A stretch of 64,000 nt of DNA from an uncultured Acidobacteriota bacterium (GTDB lineage Bacteria > Acidobacteriota > Thermoanaerobaculia > Multivoradales > UBA5704). This document shows, piece by piece, positions 63,248 through 64,000 of the stretch (its first letter is position 1; every line of letters begins with the position of its first letter). Below the pieces are notes generated by a model. That model ran no database searches and was not told the DNA's origin. It saw only the letters and a program-made list of their open reading frames with translations. The stretch is from assembly GCA_963761805.1 (NCBI GenBank), contig CAVXIV010000018.1:145058-209057 (forward strand), in the 5' to 3' direction. Made by a program: the position numbers and the translations under genes.

Positions 63248-64000
63248 TCACTTCCAGTCGCCCTGAAGCACGAAGCCGCTCCAGTAGTAGGGGGACCGCC
63301 AGCGCTTGTCTTTACGGACCGCGAGCTGCGCCAGGCGCAGGGCCGCGGCCGGAGGCCGGCCTTCGACCAGCAGGCCGCGGTAGAAGCGGGACATCAGCTC
63401 CGCCGTCGCCCGGTCCTCGACCCGCCAGAGGCTCGCGGCGACCTGCTTCGCGCCGGCGTAGAGGAAGCCCTGGGTCAATCCCACCAGGCCCTCGCCCCGC
63501 ACTTCCTTGCCCAGCGCCGTCTCGCATCCGGAGAGGACGACGAGGTCGGCTCCAAGCCGCAGGTTGTAGACGTCGCCGAGGCCGAGGAACCCATCGACCG
63601 GAGCTCCCTTTTCTCCCACGCGGGAGAGCATCAGGCCGGAAAGGGCGGGCGTCTGGGAATCGATGAGGCCATGGGTCGCGAAGTGGACGATCCGGTAGCG
63701 GGCAAGCTCGGGCGACAGGGCCGTCTCCCGGCTGGCCCGGAAGTCGAGGGCCAGGAGCGACGTACCCGGGGGGGCGACGGCGGTGATCGCCTCGGCCTCG
63801 CGGCGCGTCCAGGGAAGCCGGAGGAGCGGACCGTCGCCGGGCGCCGAGCGGAGGGGCGGCGCGGCTGAAGGGGGCGCTCCGGCAGAGGCCGAAACCCTTG
63901 GCGGGACGCGTGGGTCCTGGGGATCGAACACGGGATCGGCCAGCACGGCCACGGCGCCCGGTACGGGCTCGCGGCGAGACAGCCGCCGCCGGAGGGCCAC
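63248..64000 (-). CDS. CHAT-domain (caspase-like) protein, C-terminal part; the N-terminus lies beyond the window
   Basis: IVHFATHG (His) and LVVLSGCETA (Cys) dyad. C-terminal PYYWSGFVLQGDW is typical of CHAT. Confidence 0.8.
   Translation of the reverse strand: MALRRRLSRREPVPGAVAVLADPVFDPQDPRVPPRVSASAGAPPSAAPPLRSAPGDGPLLRLPWTRREAEAITAVAPPGTSLLALDFRASRETALSPELARYRIVHFATHGLIDSQTPALSGLMLSRVGEKGAPVDGFLGLGDVYNLRLGADLVVLSGCETALGKEVRGEGLVGLTQGFLYAGAKQVAASLWRVEDRATAELMSRFYRGLLVEGRPPAAALRLAQLAVRKDKRWRSPYYWSGFVLQGDWK

Noticed and set aside
1-64000. tRNA, rRNA, tmRNA or riboswitch genes
   Set aside because: I scanned the intergenic regions by eye for T-loop-like GGTTCGAATCC-type motifs and conserved rRNA stretches and found none. 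A covariance-model scan would be needed to exclude small ncRNAs.

Overview
High-GC bacterial chromosomal segment: hand counts of individual 60-nt lines give about 65-70% GC. Two lower-GC accessory patches lie at about 11.1-13.9 kb and 40.1-48.8 kb (about 48-55% GC in the lines I counted). No tRNA, rRNA or CRISPR array was found. All family calls come from motifs read in the supplied translations; no database search was run.

Gene content, left to right:
- 1-4.3 kb: the 3' end of a LanC/LanM-type lanthipeptide cyclase, then three secreted or surface proteins.
- 4.3-16.3 kb: a probable N-heterocycle catabolic cluster (cytosine-deaminase-like, xanthine-dehydrogenase-family M, S and L subunits, amidase, FdrA, DUF1116, cyclase). 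An approximately 2.8-kb insertion bounded by a duplication junction separates the L subunit from the rest of the cluster.
- 16.5-19.0 kb: a 28-aa aromatic-tailed peptide plus two cytochrome P450s, a candidate P450-crosslinked RiPP cassette.
- 19.0-23.2 kb: a 4.2-kb CheB-CheR-PAS-histidine kinase-receiver gene riddled with frameshifts.
- 23.3-35.7 kb: housekeeping genes (VIT1, CoA-transferase, Spy-like protein, OmpR/HK pair, HflKC, Mo-oxidoreductase, methyltransferase) interspersed with small cysteine-rich secreted peptides and MITE-like palindromic elements.
- 35.9-37.3 kb: a 51-aa double-glycine-leader peptide flanked by two 20-21-bp tandem-repeat arrays.
- 38.2-39.9 kb and 46.4-47.3 kb: two paralogous cassettes, each a secreted peptide carrying a duplicated heptapeptide next to a zinc-finger/TPR protein. 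They bracket the island below.
- 40.1-46.1 kb: a low-GC island with a DNA methyltransferase, a GHKL-ATPase/PD-(D/E)xK nuclease and an uncharacterised three-gene operon.
- 48-64 kb: ordinary genes (lipase, App1-like phosphatase, O-methyltransferase, TDO-like protein, MMPL transporter, MiaE, ECF sigma/anti-sigma, CHAT).

Frameshifts are concentrated in 4.7-23.2 kb and nearly absent elsewhere, so either the sequence quality is uneven or this region is decaying.
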